This document shows, one piece after another, positions 49,530 through 58,533 of a stretch of DNA of 64,000 nucleotides. The notes under the pieces were generated by a model. The model was not told where the DNA came from. It ran no database searches and was given only the letters and a program-made list of their open reading frames with translations. Numbering within the stretch: position 1 is the first letter of the stretch; every line of letters starts with the position of its first letter. The DNA comes from Candidatus Nomurabacteria bacterium (GTDB taxonomy: Bacteria; Patescibacteriota; Saccharimonadia; Saccharimonadales; CAIOMD01): assembly GCA_020631975.1 (NCBI GenBank), contig JACKGO010000003.1, positions 42,973 through 106,972 on the forward strand, written 5' to 3'. The position numbers were made by a program, and so were the translations under genes.

Positions 49530-49559
49530 AAAATTGCCACCCCCTGATACTGTTTATTC

Positions 49560-50402
49560 TTACAACTTTAGTAATAAGTATACGCCAAAAATACCCGATA
49601 TAAAAACAATCAAACCAATTATAACTACTTGGAACAAACCACGCATGATGGCTTTTTTACTCAGTGGATTACGACCGATGGCAGTGATACTACTGCGGAC
49701 GGCGCTATAAATGAGACTACCAGATATAGCAGTCGCTACCACTAAAATAGCAAGGCTCATGTACACGCGTATAGGGCTAACTGGTTTGCCTGCCACGAGT
49801 TCACTTGCTCGCCGTAGTGCTGTAGGTAAATCGTTATTACTTTTTAGCATCGGGTTTTTGCCGATACTAACGTCTACCGTTACAATACCTACTGCTAAAC
49901 GTTGTTCGTTGCCATTATTATCCTTAACAGTGACTGCCGATTTTATTTCGTCTTGGTTACCTGAATCAAATGCTTCGATAGCCTTGCCAAGAATAACGGG
50001 TTCTATATCACCTGCGCGCATACCTACACCCTTAACCGATGATGCTGCCACGTAATCTCCAACCGCAATATTACCGTTTTGGCTACTAACGAGCACTGGG
50101 AATCGCCCACCGCTCGCAACATATACTTTTTCATCGTCGCGGCCAAGCAATACAGCTGATTCATTGGCGCCAATAACTACACCGTGTAGTCTGTCGTAAT
50201 CGTCAGAATTAATAGGCTCTACTTTGCGTGGATCATCTTTTTGAAGGCCTACAATCATGCCACGTTGCAAAAGCGTATCTGCCCCGTAGCCTTGCGTTAC
50301 CGTAGCTTCTGCAAAGCTAGGTGCAACCGCCACAAACAGGAGTGCCGTTACGCTTATAATACCGATAATAATGTGTTGTACTACTTTGTTTCGTTTTATC
50401 AT
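49560..50402 (-). CDS. exported protein with C-terminal c-subunit-like helical hairpin lacking the carboxylate
   Basis: 280 aa with a signal/anchor and a ~185-aa ectodomain of unknown family. The last 66 aa are MSLAILVVATAISGSLIYSAVRSSITAIGRNPLSKKAIMRGLFQVVIIGLIVFISGIFGVYLLLKL. This is two TM helices joined by AIGRNP (compare the c-subunit loop ARQPE/GRNPE). There is no Asp/Glu in either helix and no GxGxGxG. Confidence 0.5.
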   Translation of the reverse strand: MIKRNKVVQHIIIGIISVTALLFVAVAPSFAEATVTQGYGADTLLQRGMIVGLQKDDPRKVEPINSDDYDRLHGVVIGANESAVLLGRDDEKVYVASGGRFPVLVSSQNGNIAVGDYVAASSVKGVGMRAGDIEPVILGKAIEAFDSGNQDEIKSAVTVKDNNGNEQRLAVGIVTVDVSIGKNPMLKSNNDLPTALRRASELVAGKPVSPIRVYMSLAILVVATAISGSLIYSAVRSSITAIGRNPLSKKAIMRGLFQVVIIGLIVFISGIFGVYLLLKL

Positions 50403-50448
50403 GTTTAGGTATAATATCCCTAATATACCCTTAGTATACCGCTAATGG

Positions 50449-51591
50449 TTAGCTTTTGGCTACTACTTCTTTAATGGCGTGAATTAATTGGGCACATTGG
50501 CTGGCCGTGGTATGCCTGCCTAAACTGATACGAATACTGCTACGAGCATCTTTATCTGATAACCCTATAGCAGACAAAACATGTGAAGGTTCCCCACTAC
50601 TTGCCGCGCACGCCGAACCGGTCGCCACTTGGATACCTCGTTCATCAAGTTCCATAAGAATCCGTTCATTATCTGTACCAGCGAGCGTAAGGTGAACATT
50701 ATTTACCAAACGCCATTTTTTTGACTCACCATTGAGACGAATTGTTTTGCCATCTACCAATTCGTCAATCAGCCGTGTTTGTAATGCAGCAAGACGCTGT
50801 ACTTCTTCTGCCCGTGCACTTGTTAAAATACTAATCGCTGCAGCTAAACCTATGTAGTTAGCAACATTTTCTGTACCACTGCGTAGGTTGTGCTCTTGTC
50901 CGCCACCCAGAATAAGCGGAGCAAGTTGTGTACCAGTTTTTACAAATAAAGCCCCTGCTTGCTTGGGGCCATATATTTTACCAGAGTTAATTGTCATTAA
51001 ATCAATACCGAGTCTAGCAACATGAATATCTACATAGTTAACAGCCTGACACGCGTCTGTATGAACAAGGAGTGGCCTTAGTATGCCTCTTTTTAGACGA
51101 TCTTTTGTAATCTCTGCTGCAAGTGTTGTTACAGCCCTCAAATCTTGAATAGTACCAATTTCGTTATTTGCGAGTATTACTGATACTAACACTGTTTCAT
51201 CTGTAATTATTTTGGGCAGGCTATGTATATCAATCCTCCCTGCACTGTTTACGGTAATGAAGCTCGTGGTGTGCTTTTTTGCAGGCATTAGTACCGATTC
51301 ATGTTCGATCTGGCTTACCACGACATGTGGATTATCATATTGCGAGGCAACACCGGTGATAGCTAAGTTATTAGCCTCTGTGCCACCTGCAGTAAAGACT
51401 ATTTCTGATGGTTTTGCACCTATCTGCCGAGCAACGGTCGCACGGGCTACTTGCAAGTCTTTTTTTACGGCTCGTGCTGCCATATAGATTGCACTTGGGT
51501 TATAAAACTGCTCACTAAAATACGGTTGCATTGCCGTGAGTACTTCTGGCAAAACAGGTGTGGCTGCTGCATAATCAAAATAATAAGTCAT
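50449..51591 (-). CDS. cysteine desulfurase (class V aminotransferase, NifS/IscS-like)
   Basis: 380 aa with the PLP-Lys context TINSGKIYGPKQAG, the active-site SGSACAASS and HTDACQ. Confidence 0.85.
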   Translation of the reverse strand: MTYYFDYAAATPVLPEVLTAMQPYFSEQFYNPSAIYMAARAVKKDLQVARATVARQIGAKPSEIVFTAGGTEANNLAITGVASQYDNPHVVVSQIEHESVLMPAKKHTTSFITVNSAGRIDIHSLPKIITDETVLVSVILANNEIGTIQDLRAVTTLAAEITKDRLKRGILRPLLVHTDACQAVNYVDIHVARLGIDLMTINSGKIYGPKQAGALFVKTGTQLAPLILGGGQEHNLRSGTENVANYIGLAAAISILTSARAEEVQRLAALQTRLIDELVDGKTIRLNGESKKWRLVNNVHLTLAGTDNERILMELDERGIQVATGSACAASSGEPSHVLSAIGLSDKDARSSIRISLGRHTTASQCAQLIHAIKEVVAKS

Positions 51592-51617
51592 GATTCTATC
51601 TTACCTGTAGTTAATCT

Positions 51618-51977
51618 TTACTGAAAATCAGCGTAGAGTTGCGACTGAACACGTTCTTTATACAGTGTAGCTGCTTGTAATAAGTGGTGCGCTTCTGTAG
51701 GGCTTACTTTAGTATAGTGGCTATTATTTTGAGTTTTTACAACGCCATCGGGGCGTACGTCATAGCGTGTCGTTAGCACGTGGTGCGTGCCAGCACTATC
51801 TTGCCATTCTTCGTGCCACACCCACGTACGTTCATCGAGGCAAAAAAATTCTCGCCGGCCATTTTTAGGGATAGGTCCAAAAATTTTACCACCTATTACT
51901 GCTTCTTTTCTAATAAGTTCGCGGTATTTAACTGCTTGTTTTTTTTGGCTCAGCTGAGAAGTTGTAAACAATCCCAT
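51618..51977 (-). CDS. hypothetical protein
   Basis: 119-aa ORF (…GRREFFCLDERTWVWHEEWQD…). No family was recognised. Confidence 0.4.
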   Translation of the reverse strand: MGLFTTSQLSQKKQAVKYRELIRKEAVIGGKIFGPIPKNGRREFFCLDERTWVWHEEWQDSAGTHHVLTTRYDVRPDGVVKTQNNSHYTKVSPTEAHHLLQAATLYKERVQSQLYADFQ

Positions 51978-51987
51978 AGTTACCTAC

Positions 51988-52506
51988 TTACGCTGCCTGC
52001 CTATGAGTAGGTGCCACGTCAGGATTTGCTGCGATCATTAGGTCTGGAAAATTATTAATAGTGTCAGGTGGGGCTGGTTGGGCGCCACGAGAAGAATCAT
52101 CGTATGTAGTCGGTTGATTGATATCACTTCTGTTCGTAGGTAAGTTTATGACATTACTAGGTTGCTGCGTAGTATGTTTTGCAAAAGTACGACTTTCGTC
52201 AGTTACTACTTCTGCAGGCATGCTATAAGCTCCATGAACCTCATGAGCTTTATTAACCTCAAGAATTGCTTTTTTCATCAGATTATTTGATTCTGCAACG
52301 CTATCAGGCTTTAACCCATGGTGATCTGTGGGTGCTACAGGTGCGGGAGTTCTACGCATTCCTTCTTGCATAGCATTTGCATCCATATTACCTACAGCTG
52401 CTCTTAGCCTATCTAACGCTTCCGTAAGCCTCGCACTGCGCTGCGCTTCCATACTGGCAGGTTTATGTTGTTCTGGTGATGGTGGGGCTGGTTGAAATAA
52501 TGGCAT
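51988..52506 (-). CDS. hypothetical low-complexity (Pro/Ala/Gln-rich) protein
   Basis: The ORF is open to 52593, but that extent overlaps tatD. ATG 52506 (MPLFQPAPPSPEQHK...) is the first start after the tatD stop. The predicted protein looks disordered. Confidence 0.35.
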   Translation of the reverse strand: MPLFQPAPPSPEQHKPASMEAQRSARLTEALDRLRAAVGNMDANAMQEGMRRTPAPVAPTDHHGLKPDSVAESNNLMKKAILEVNKAHEVHGAYSMPAEVVTDESRTFAKHTTQQPSNVINLPTNRSDINQPTTYDDSSRGAQPAPPDTINNFPDLMIAANPDVAPTHRQAA

Positions 52507-52513
52507 AGTGTAT

Positions 52514-53302
52514 TTAGGACTCATGCTTAGGCAAACCAAATAATTGGCGCGCATTCTTTGTTGTAGCCGCTGCAAGCGTAGATAATTCCTCACCTCTTAG
52601 CTGTGCAAGAAATTCGGCTGTTATACTCACGTTCTTAGGCTCGTTTATTTTACCACGTAGTGGCTTAGGCGTCAAGAATGGGGCATCTGTTTCCAATAAT
52701 AGTCGCTCCAGTGGTACTGCCTTGGCTGCGGCAAGTTGTTTTTGGTCTTTTGTAAATGTCATTATACCGTTTAAGCCTATGTATAAGTCTCTGTTAAGTG
52801 CTTTATCTAGCTGCGTTGTTGTGTCTGTAAAGCTATGCACAACACCTTTAAGGCGTGAAAAATTATCGTATATTGGCCAAAAATCATCAAAGGCTTCACG
52901 TACATGAAAAATCATTGGTAAGGTATTATCTTGGGCGAGTTGCATTTGGTTTTCAAGTGCTGCAAATTGGTCTTTTTTGTCTGAGTGATTATAGAAATAA
53001 TCTAGACCACATTCACCAATAGCGACTATGTTTTTGTTAGGCAGTAATTGGGCGAGAGCAGTAAAAGCGTCATTACCAAGCTTGGCATCATGTGGATGCA
53101 ACCCTATACTCGCCCAGACAGTTGGTTTATCGCTGGCATACATTACCGCCTGAGAGCTCGTTGTAACATCTGTGCCGACACAAATGATTGTATCAACGCC
53201 TGCTGCTGCTGCACGTTCGCGCGCTTCTTTTTCGGGCAGCTTATAGTCAGGCTCATGTATATGGCAGTGTGTGTCTATAAATTCCATGTACTTATGGCTC
53301 AA
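52514..53302 (-). CDS. tatD: TatD-family metal-dependent hydrolase/DNase
   Basis: 262 aa with FIDTHCHI, GECGLDY, HVREA, VVHSF and ETDAPFL. Confidence 0.85.
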   Translation of the reverse strand: MSHKYMEFIDTHCHIHEPDYKLPEKEARERAAAAGVDTIICVGTDVTTSSQAVMYASDKPTVWASIGLHPHDAKLGNDAFTALAQLLPNKNIVAIGECGLDYFYNHSDKKDQFAALENQMQLAQDNTLPMIFHVREAFDDFWPIYDNFSRLKGVVHSFTDTTTQLDKALNRDLYIGLNGIMTFTKDQKQLAAAKAVPLERLLLETDAPFLTPKPLRGKINEPKNVSITAEFLAQLRGEELSTLAAATTKNARQLFGLPKHES

Positions 53303-54728
53303 ATTTAGGAAACAAGGGTTTGTCTAAAGGCCGCACAATGCCGTCTTTAAACATATTTGCAATAGCCGATGATGTAGTGGGCATAAACGGTGCTAATAGT
53401 TCGGCTATTTCTAATAAATTACTCACACAGTATGACAAAACCTCTTTTAGGTGTTGTTCGTCTTGCTCTTTGGCAATCACCCATGGTTTTTGCACGTCTA
53501 TGTATTGGTTGAGGCCACGTACTTGTTCCCACACTTCATCGAGGGCTTTATCAAATCTACATGCCATAATTGCTTGTTGATATTCATGGATATCGTGTTC
53601 GGCTGGCGGAATATCACCTATGACATTATTTTGATATTTACCAATCATAGCTGCCACGCGTTGTACACCGTTACCAAGTTCATTAGCAAGTTCATTGTTA
53701 TATGCTGTTGCTAAACGTTCAATCGTGAAGTCTCCATCTGCATAGCTCGGAATATAGCGTAAGAAATAATAGCGAAACGCATCTGCACCATATGTGTTTA
53801 TAATATCTAGCGGTGCAACAACATTGCCTATGCTTTTACTCATTTTATGCCCACTACTTGTAATAAAGCCATGCACATACAGTGTTTTAGGGAGTGGCAA
53901 ACCAAGAGCGAGTAGTATTCCTGGCCATATTGCAGCATGAAACCGTAAAATATCTTTGCCAATTACTTGTACATTCGCCGGCCAAAATTGTTCAAAATCT
54001 GCACCGTCTGGATACCCCAAGACGGTAATATAATTTAATAATGCCTCAAACCAGACATACATCACTTGATTATCATCGCCTGGCACAGACACGCCCCAAA
54101 TGAGCTTATCTTTGGATCTAGATATGCTAATGTCATCTAGACCTTCTTCAAGAACATGCATGATTTCGTGCTTACGCGAAACAGGTATGACAGCAAATTC
54201 GTCGCTTGTGATAGATTGTTTTATTTGGCTGGTAAATTTACTCAGCGCAAAAAAATAATTCTCTTCTTCTATCTGCTCGTAGACGCGATTATGTGCTGGG
54301 CAAACATTATTATTTTGCTTGGCAATTTTTTCTGACACAAACTCTTCACAGCCTACACAATACAAACCAACGTATAAGTTCTTGTAGATATACTTTTGTA
54401 AGTTTTGCCATACTATTTTTACCCGTTTTTCGTGATCTTCATCAGTTGTACGAATAAACTTGTCATTTGTGATATTGAGTGTACTAAGTAGCGCCTTAAA
54501 AGCCCCGCTATTTTCTGCTACAAAATCTTCAACCGATACACCAAGCTCCTTGGCTTTTTCTGCTATTTTACTACCATGTTCATCGGTGCCAGTGGTAAAC
54601 AGCACATCGTCGCCTATCTGACGATGGTATCGGGCTAAAACATCAGCTTGTATAAACTCCATAGCATGGCCAAGGTGTGGCACGGAGTTTACATAGGGAA
54701 TAGAAGTGGTGACATAAAATTTACTCAT
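53292..54728 (-). CDS. metG: methionine--tRNA ligase (short form)
   Basis: 478 aa. The HIGH-type motif is PHLGHA and KMSKS is present. A CxxC...CP zinc knuckle is also present. Confidence 0.9.
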   Translation of the reverse strand: MSKFYVTTSIPYVNSVPHLGHAMEFIQADVLARYHRQIGDDVLFTTGTDEHGSKIAEKAKELGVSVEDFVAENSGAFKALLSTLNITNDKFIRTTDEDHEKRVKIVWQNLQKYIYKNLYVGLYCVGCEEFVSEKIAKQNNNVCPAHNRVYEQIEEENYFFALSKFTSQIKQSITSDEFAVIPVSRKHEIMHVLEEGLDDISISRSKDKLIWGVSVPGDDNQVMYVWFEALLNYITVLGYPDGADFEQFWPANVQVIGKDILRFHAAIWPGILLALGLPLPKTLYVHGFITSSGHKMSKSIGNVVAPLDIINTYGADAFRYYFLRYIPSYADGDFTIERLATAYNNELANELGNGVQRVAAMIGKYQNNVIGDIPPAEHDIHEYQQAIMACRFDKALDEVWEQVRGLNQYIDVQKPWVIAKEQDEQHLKEVLSYCVSNLLEIAELLAPFMPTTSSAIANMFKDGIVRPLDKPLFPKFEP

Positions 54729-54763
54729 ATCTGTTCATTGTAACAGTTTTACAAAACTATGCG

Positions 54764-55060
54764 CTACTTCTGTTTACTGCGTATGTAAAAATATACCATC
54801 AAACCGGTTATAAAGAGACCGCCTAAAACAATAGCCACTACCGCCAGAGTATTGTTGTTGTTGGGTGCAACTTCTCCTGTAGCAGCATTAGACGTAAATA
54901 CATACAACATACCTACCAATCCAAAAAGTCCAGAAAAAGCAGTCATAACGATACGATGATACCTTTTTGATCGTTTATCTAAATATGATACTTTGTAGTT
55001 TTCTATCGCCACTGGTTTTGGCTTTTTTGTTTTTTGTTTTTTAGTAAATAGGTGTTTCAT
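54764..55060 (-). CDS. hypothetical two-TM membrane protein
   Basis: 98 aa with a Lys-rich N-terminus and two hydrophobic helices. Confidence 0.4.
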   Translation of the reverse strand: MKHLFTKKQKTKKPKPVAIENYKVSYLDKRSKRYHRIVMTAFSGLFGLVGMLYVFTSNAATGEVAPNNNNTLAVVAIVLGGLFITGLMVYFYIRSKQK

Positions 55061-55098
55061 ATGTTTTGTTTTTTACTACTATCCTTTGCAGTATAGCA

Positions 55099-55260
55099 TT
55101 AGCTGTGATCTGAAGCTAAATGCCACAAGCCACAGTGCGGGCACACATACGGCTTAAGGCGTACGCCGTGTTGATACATAGCAACTGTCGCGGCAGCTTG
55201 GGCTTGTTTTTTTGTGTCAAAGGCTAATTTATCAATGCATGGCAGCACTTCTTCTTGCAT
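55099..55260 (-). CDS. small 53-aa protein with C-terminal CPHC zinc-knuckle-like motif
   Basis: This ORF is not in the ORF track. My translation is MQEEVLPCIDKLAFDTKKQAQAAATVAMYQHGVRLKPYVCPHCGLWHLASDHS*. Its ATG shares one base with the trehalase stop (TAATG at 55258-55262). Confidence 0.45.
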   Translation of the reverse strand: MQEEVLPCIDKLAFDTKKQAQAAATVAMYQHGVRLKPYVCPHCGLWHLASDHS

Positions 55261-56489
55261 TACGCGTAATCTCTTGCCAATGCGACATATATTCCATTCG
55301 TCCAGCCAAATCCTGTCTGGCTCGGGTATACGCCTTTTATAGGCTCTTTTGTTGGAGTAACAACATTATATTTTTCTAATAGCACGCCATGGGTGGCATA
55401 CCAATCAGTACATGTTTTAAGCCATTTCTTCGCGAGCCGGTTTGCGTCTTCTGTATATCCGTATCTTTCGAGACCCTTAATAACAATCCACTGCAGTGGT
55501 GCCCAGCCATTTGGGTACGCCCACTGTGTTTTCACCGATCCAAACAGCAATGATAAATTAATCATTGGACGCGATGTGGTGCTTAAACCGCCATCTTTTT
55601 CAAACTTACCAAGTTGTTTTACAAGTTCTTTCGCTTTTTTATCATCTACCATGCCAACCCACATTGGGTAAAACCCAGCAAGTGACCACGTTAAGCCTCT
55701 TTTCTCATCTTCAAAGTTATAATCAAAATAAAATTTTCGCACATGACCCCATAATAATTCATCAACAATTTGGGCACGTTTTTGGGCCTTATTGTCCCAT
55801 AATGCAGCGGTTTTTAGATCGTTTTTTGTCCGATACCAATCAGCAAAATCTTTTTCATACTTATATAGTAATGAATTTAGGTCAATCGGATAGTAATCTA
55901 GACACTTTCTATCAAAGCGTGGTGTCATATCCCACCCACTTTCAGCTTCGGCCAGATCATGGAGGGCATTGATATCGTAGTATCTATTAAGCTGCCCAAT
56001 TTTTCGCCAGTGTGGATGCTTCGTACTCATCCACACGGTAGTATATTCATCTTCAGCTATCGCCATCATTTCATCAAACCACTCACCAGAACAACCAAAT
56101 GTTTCTTTATATAAAAGTATCATAGACGTGAGCAGTGGTGGTTGTGAACGACTTAAAAAATAGAGCCGACTAGCGTTTGGAATCATATGAAACCGTTTAT
56201 ACAGTGCTACTAAATTTTCTAACATTCCTTTGGCGAGTTGACTATATTTTTGGTCGTTAAGCCCCAGCAGTATGAAATAAGTATCCCAGTAGTACTGTTC
56301 TTCAAAATTAAATTGCGCATTCGCCTGGGCAGCCGGAACTATGTAGTCGTGCGGTAATCCTATTAACGTGCCTGTGTCTTGTGTGTTTTTATATAGTAAA
56401 TCAGCCCAGTGTTGGTCTATGTAGGCAAGCGTCGCTTCAACGTTCGCATTATGCATATGTGGTGGCTTTTTATGCCAAATTCTATTCAT
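55260..56489 (-). CDS. alpha,alpha-trehalase (GH37), apparently cytoplasmic
   Basis: 409 aa. The trehalase signatures are FEEQYYWDTYF, SQPPLLTSM, ESGWDMTPRF and QWAYPNGWAPLQ. There is no signal peptide. Confidence 0.85.
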   Translation of the reverse strand: MNRIWHKKPPHMHNANVEATLAYIDQHWADLLYKNTQDTGTLIGLPHDYIVPAAQANAQFNFEEQYYWDTYFILLGLNDQKYSQLAKGMLENLVALYKRFHMIPNASRLYFLSRSQPPLLTSMILLYKETFGCSGEWFDEMMAIAEDEYTTVWMSTKHPHWRKIGQLNRYYDINALHDLAEAESGWDMTPRFDRKCLDYYPIDLNSLLYKYEKDFADWYRTKNDLKTAALWDNKAQKRAQIVDELLWGHVRKFYFDYNFEDEKRGLTWSLAGFYPMWVGMVDDKKAKELVKQLGKFEKDGGLSTTSRPMINLSLLFGSVKTQWAYPNGWAPLQWIVIKGLERYGYTEDANRLAKKWLKTCTDWYATHGVLLEKYNVVTPTKEPIKGVYPSQTGFGWTNGIYVALARDYA

Positions 56490-56509
56490 AACAATCTACC
56501 TATTTAGAT

Positions 56510-57193
56510 TTATTGTGCTGCGGTAAGTTGAATATCAAATATTAATACAGAATTCGCCGGTATACTGCCTTGTGCGTTCGGACCATAGCCAAGGCTGGGT
56601 GGTATTATAACGCGCCTCGTGCCACCTGCTTTCATGCCTGCAACGCCTTGTTCAAAACCAGGTATCAGTTGGCCAGCACCAAGCGTAAACAGTAGTGGTT
56701 CTAACTGGCCATTGTTGCCTGTGCGTGATTGATCAAATAGCTGACCGTTTGTTAAGTAACCCTTATAGGTAACAGCAAGTTTAGAATCTTTAACGGCCTC
56801 GGCGCCTTTCCCTAAAACAATATCACCAAAAAAAACTTCATTTTTATCTTTGTATTGTTCATAGTCGCTAAAATTTGTCGTGTCAGCGGTACTACCAGTA
56901 TTCGTTGTCTGTTGTCTCGTGGTACCTGAACCTAAGTTAGTGCTCGTAGTTGGCGAAGAGTCAACGCTTAGCGCGTTCGGATCTTTAGGAGTATTCTGTT
57001 TCGGTGTAAGACTAATAGAATCACCTCCTGCATTCTCGTAATTAAGAGGTACGGTAGCACCCGTGCTGAGCGAGCTTTTCGTTTGCGACGAATCTTGCTG
57101 CGCCGATTGCCACGCAAAAAACCCACCACCAAGCGCCGCGATGACACCAATAGTGAGTGCTCCTATTATTACCATTTTTCTGTTTTTAAGCAT
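56510..57193 (-). CDS. membrane-anchored FKBP-type peptidyl-prolyl isomerase
   Basis: It has an N-terminal TM, a Ser/Thr-rich linker and a C-terminal FKBP domain (VTYKGYLTNGQLFDQS..., GQLIPGFEQGVAGMKAGGTRRVIIPPSLGYG). Confidence 0.8.
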   Translation of the reverse strand: MLKNRKMVIIGALTIGVIAALGGGFFAWQSAQQDSSQTKSSLSTGATVPLNYENAGGDSISLTPKQNTPKDPNALSVDSSPTTSTNLGSGTTRQQTTNTGSTADTTNFSDYEQYKDKNEVFFGDIVLGKGAEAVKDSKLAVTYKGYLTNGQLFDQSRTGNNGQLEPLLFTLGAGQLIPGFEQGVAGMKAGGTRRVIIPPSLGYGPNAQGSIPANSVLIFDIQLTAAQ

Positions 57194-57269
57194 TATAAGA
57201 ATTGTACGCTAATAATGATAGTAAATAAAGTCAAATGAGCTATGACATAAAAGGTTATTGGTGTTTGAT

Positions 57270-58532
57270 TTATTCGTAGCGCAGTGCTTCTATAGGGTCT
57301 AGCCGGCTCGCTTTAAAAGCAGGTATTAGTCCAGCCAGCAGCGTAATAAGCGCAATATTTCCGACAATACTGAGCGCTAATTGGGGTGTAATAGACAGCA
57401 ACTGTAAGCCTTCTATACCCTTTAAAAAGGAATTTTCGGCGATAGTATTGATTGTATACTGTGCACCGTAGGCAAAAGCAAGTCCAAATATACTGCCCCA
57501 AAAACCAAGTAGAGCTGCTTCTACACTAAAGAGTGCAAATATAGTCTTTGGCTTGGCGCCAAGAGCTCTAAACAAGCCTATTTCTCTGGTACGCTCTAGC
57601 ACAGCCATAAACAAGGTGTTTATAACACCAACAATGGATGCTAGTATTGCCACCGCGCTAAACGCAGCGAGCGCTAATTGAACACCAGTTACTACACCGT
57701 TAAGTGTGTTATTAACATCTGCTAGACTCGTCACAGAAAATCCAACATTTTTTAAATTTTCTTTGAGTTGCTCGTCTGTTACGGTATCTGATTTTGATAT
57801 ATACACATTAGCTACTTGTGGTACACCGCCAAAAGCTTGCACCGTGGCTATACGCTGTGCGTCTGTCTGGCTTACCTTAACTGATGCATCAATGAGCGTC
57901 GGTTCGTAGATACCCTTGATAATAAAATCCTCTGTAACGGTTTGGTCATTTACCGTCTGGTAGGTAAACGATAAGCTTTTTCCTATGGCAGCTTCACTTG
58001 AGCTTGCACCAGTTAACGAAACAAACTTACGCGATAACATAATACTGCCAACGTCATCTAAATTTATTTTGGTTCCTGCTACCACCGTAAGTGGTAGTTG
58101 TGGCACAATAGGCTCGCTGACAACCTGGTACTTATTGCCATCAACAGACGTTACATAGTTAAAACTAGGCATGTATGGGACTTGTGCTGTACTTACTCCT
58201 TCTGCAGATTGTATCTTTGCAATATCGCTCTCTGTTAAAAAAATTTGGCTAAAGTCACCACCTTGCGTTTTGTTGGGGTCGTAGGCTTTTGGATCACCAT
58301 TACCAAAACCACTACTAAAATCGTTTGCCCCTTGGCGTGACACAACATACAAATTTACGTTATCGTACTGGCCTAATTGTGAAGTAATGTAGTTCTTTAC
58401 CCCTTGGCCAAGTCCGAGGCTTAATGACAACGTAAATGTACCAATGCCTATCGCAAGTAGCGTCAAAAATGTTCGCAGCTTAGATCGTCGTAAGTTACCG
58501 TTTGCAGTGGTTGCAATATCTATAACGCGCAT
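57270..58532 (-). CDS. ABC transporter permease, FtsX/MacB type
   Basis: 420 aa with an N-terminal TM, a large extracytoplasmic domain and a C-terminal FtsX 3-TM bundle (REIGLFRALGAK). Confidence 0.8.
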   Translation of the reverse strand: MRVIDIATTANGNLRRSKLRTFLTLLAIGIGTFTLSLSLGLGQGVKNYITSQLGQYDNVNLYVVSRQGANDFSSGFGNGDPKAYDPNKTQGGDFSQIFLTESDIAKIQSAEGVSTAQVPYMPSFNYVTSVDGNKYQVVSEPIVPQLPLTVVAGTKINLDDVGSIMLSRKFVSLTGASSSEAAIGKSLSFTYQTVNDQTVTEDFIIKGIYEPTLIDASVKVSQTDAQRIATVQAFGGVPQVANVYISKSDTVTDEQLKENLKNVGFSVTSLADVNNTLNGVVTGVQLALAAFSAVAILASIVGVINTLFMAVLERTREIGLFRALGAKPKTIFALFSVEAALLGFWGSIFGLAFAYGAQYTINTIAENSFLKGIEGLQLLSITPQLALSIVGNIALITLLAGLIPAFKASRLDPIEALRYE

Positions 58533-58533
58533 A

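Noticed and set aside
49560-49760. Treating the c-like hairpin as a separate 66-aa atpE gene starting at ATG 49760.
   Set aside because: There is no SD or gap upstream and the reading frame is continuous with the 214 upstream codons. Even as a separate gene it would lack the essential carboxylate.
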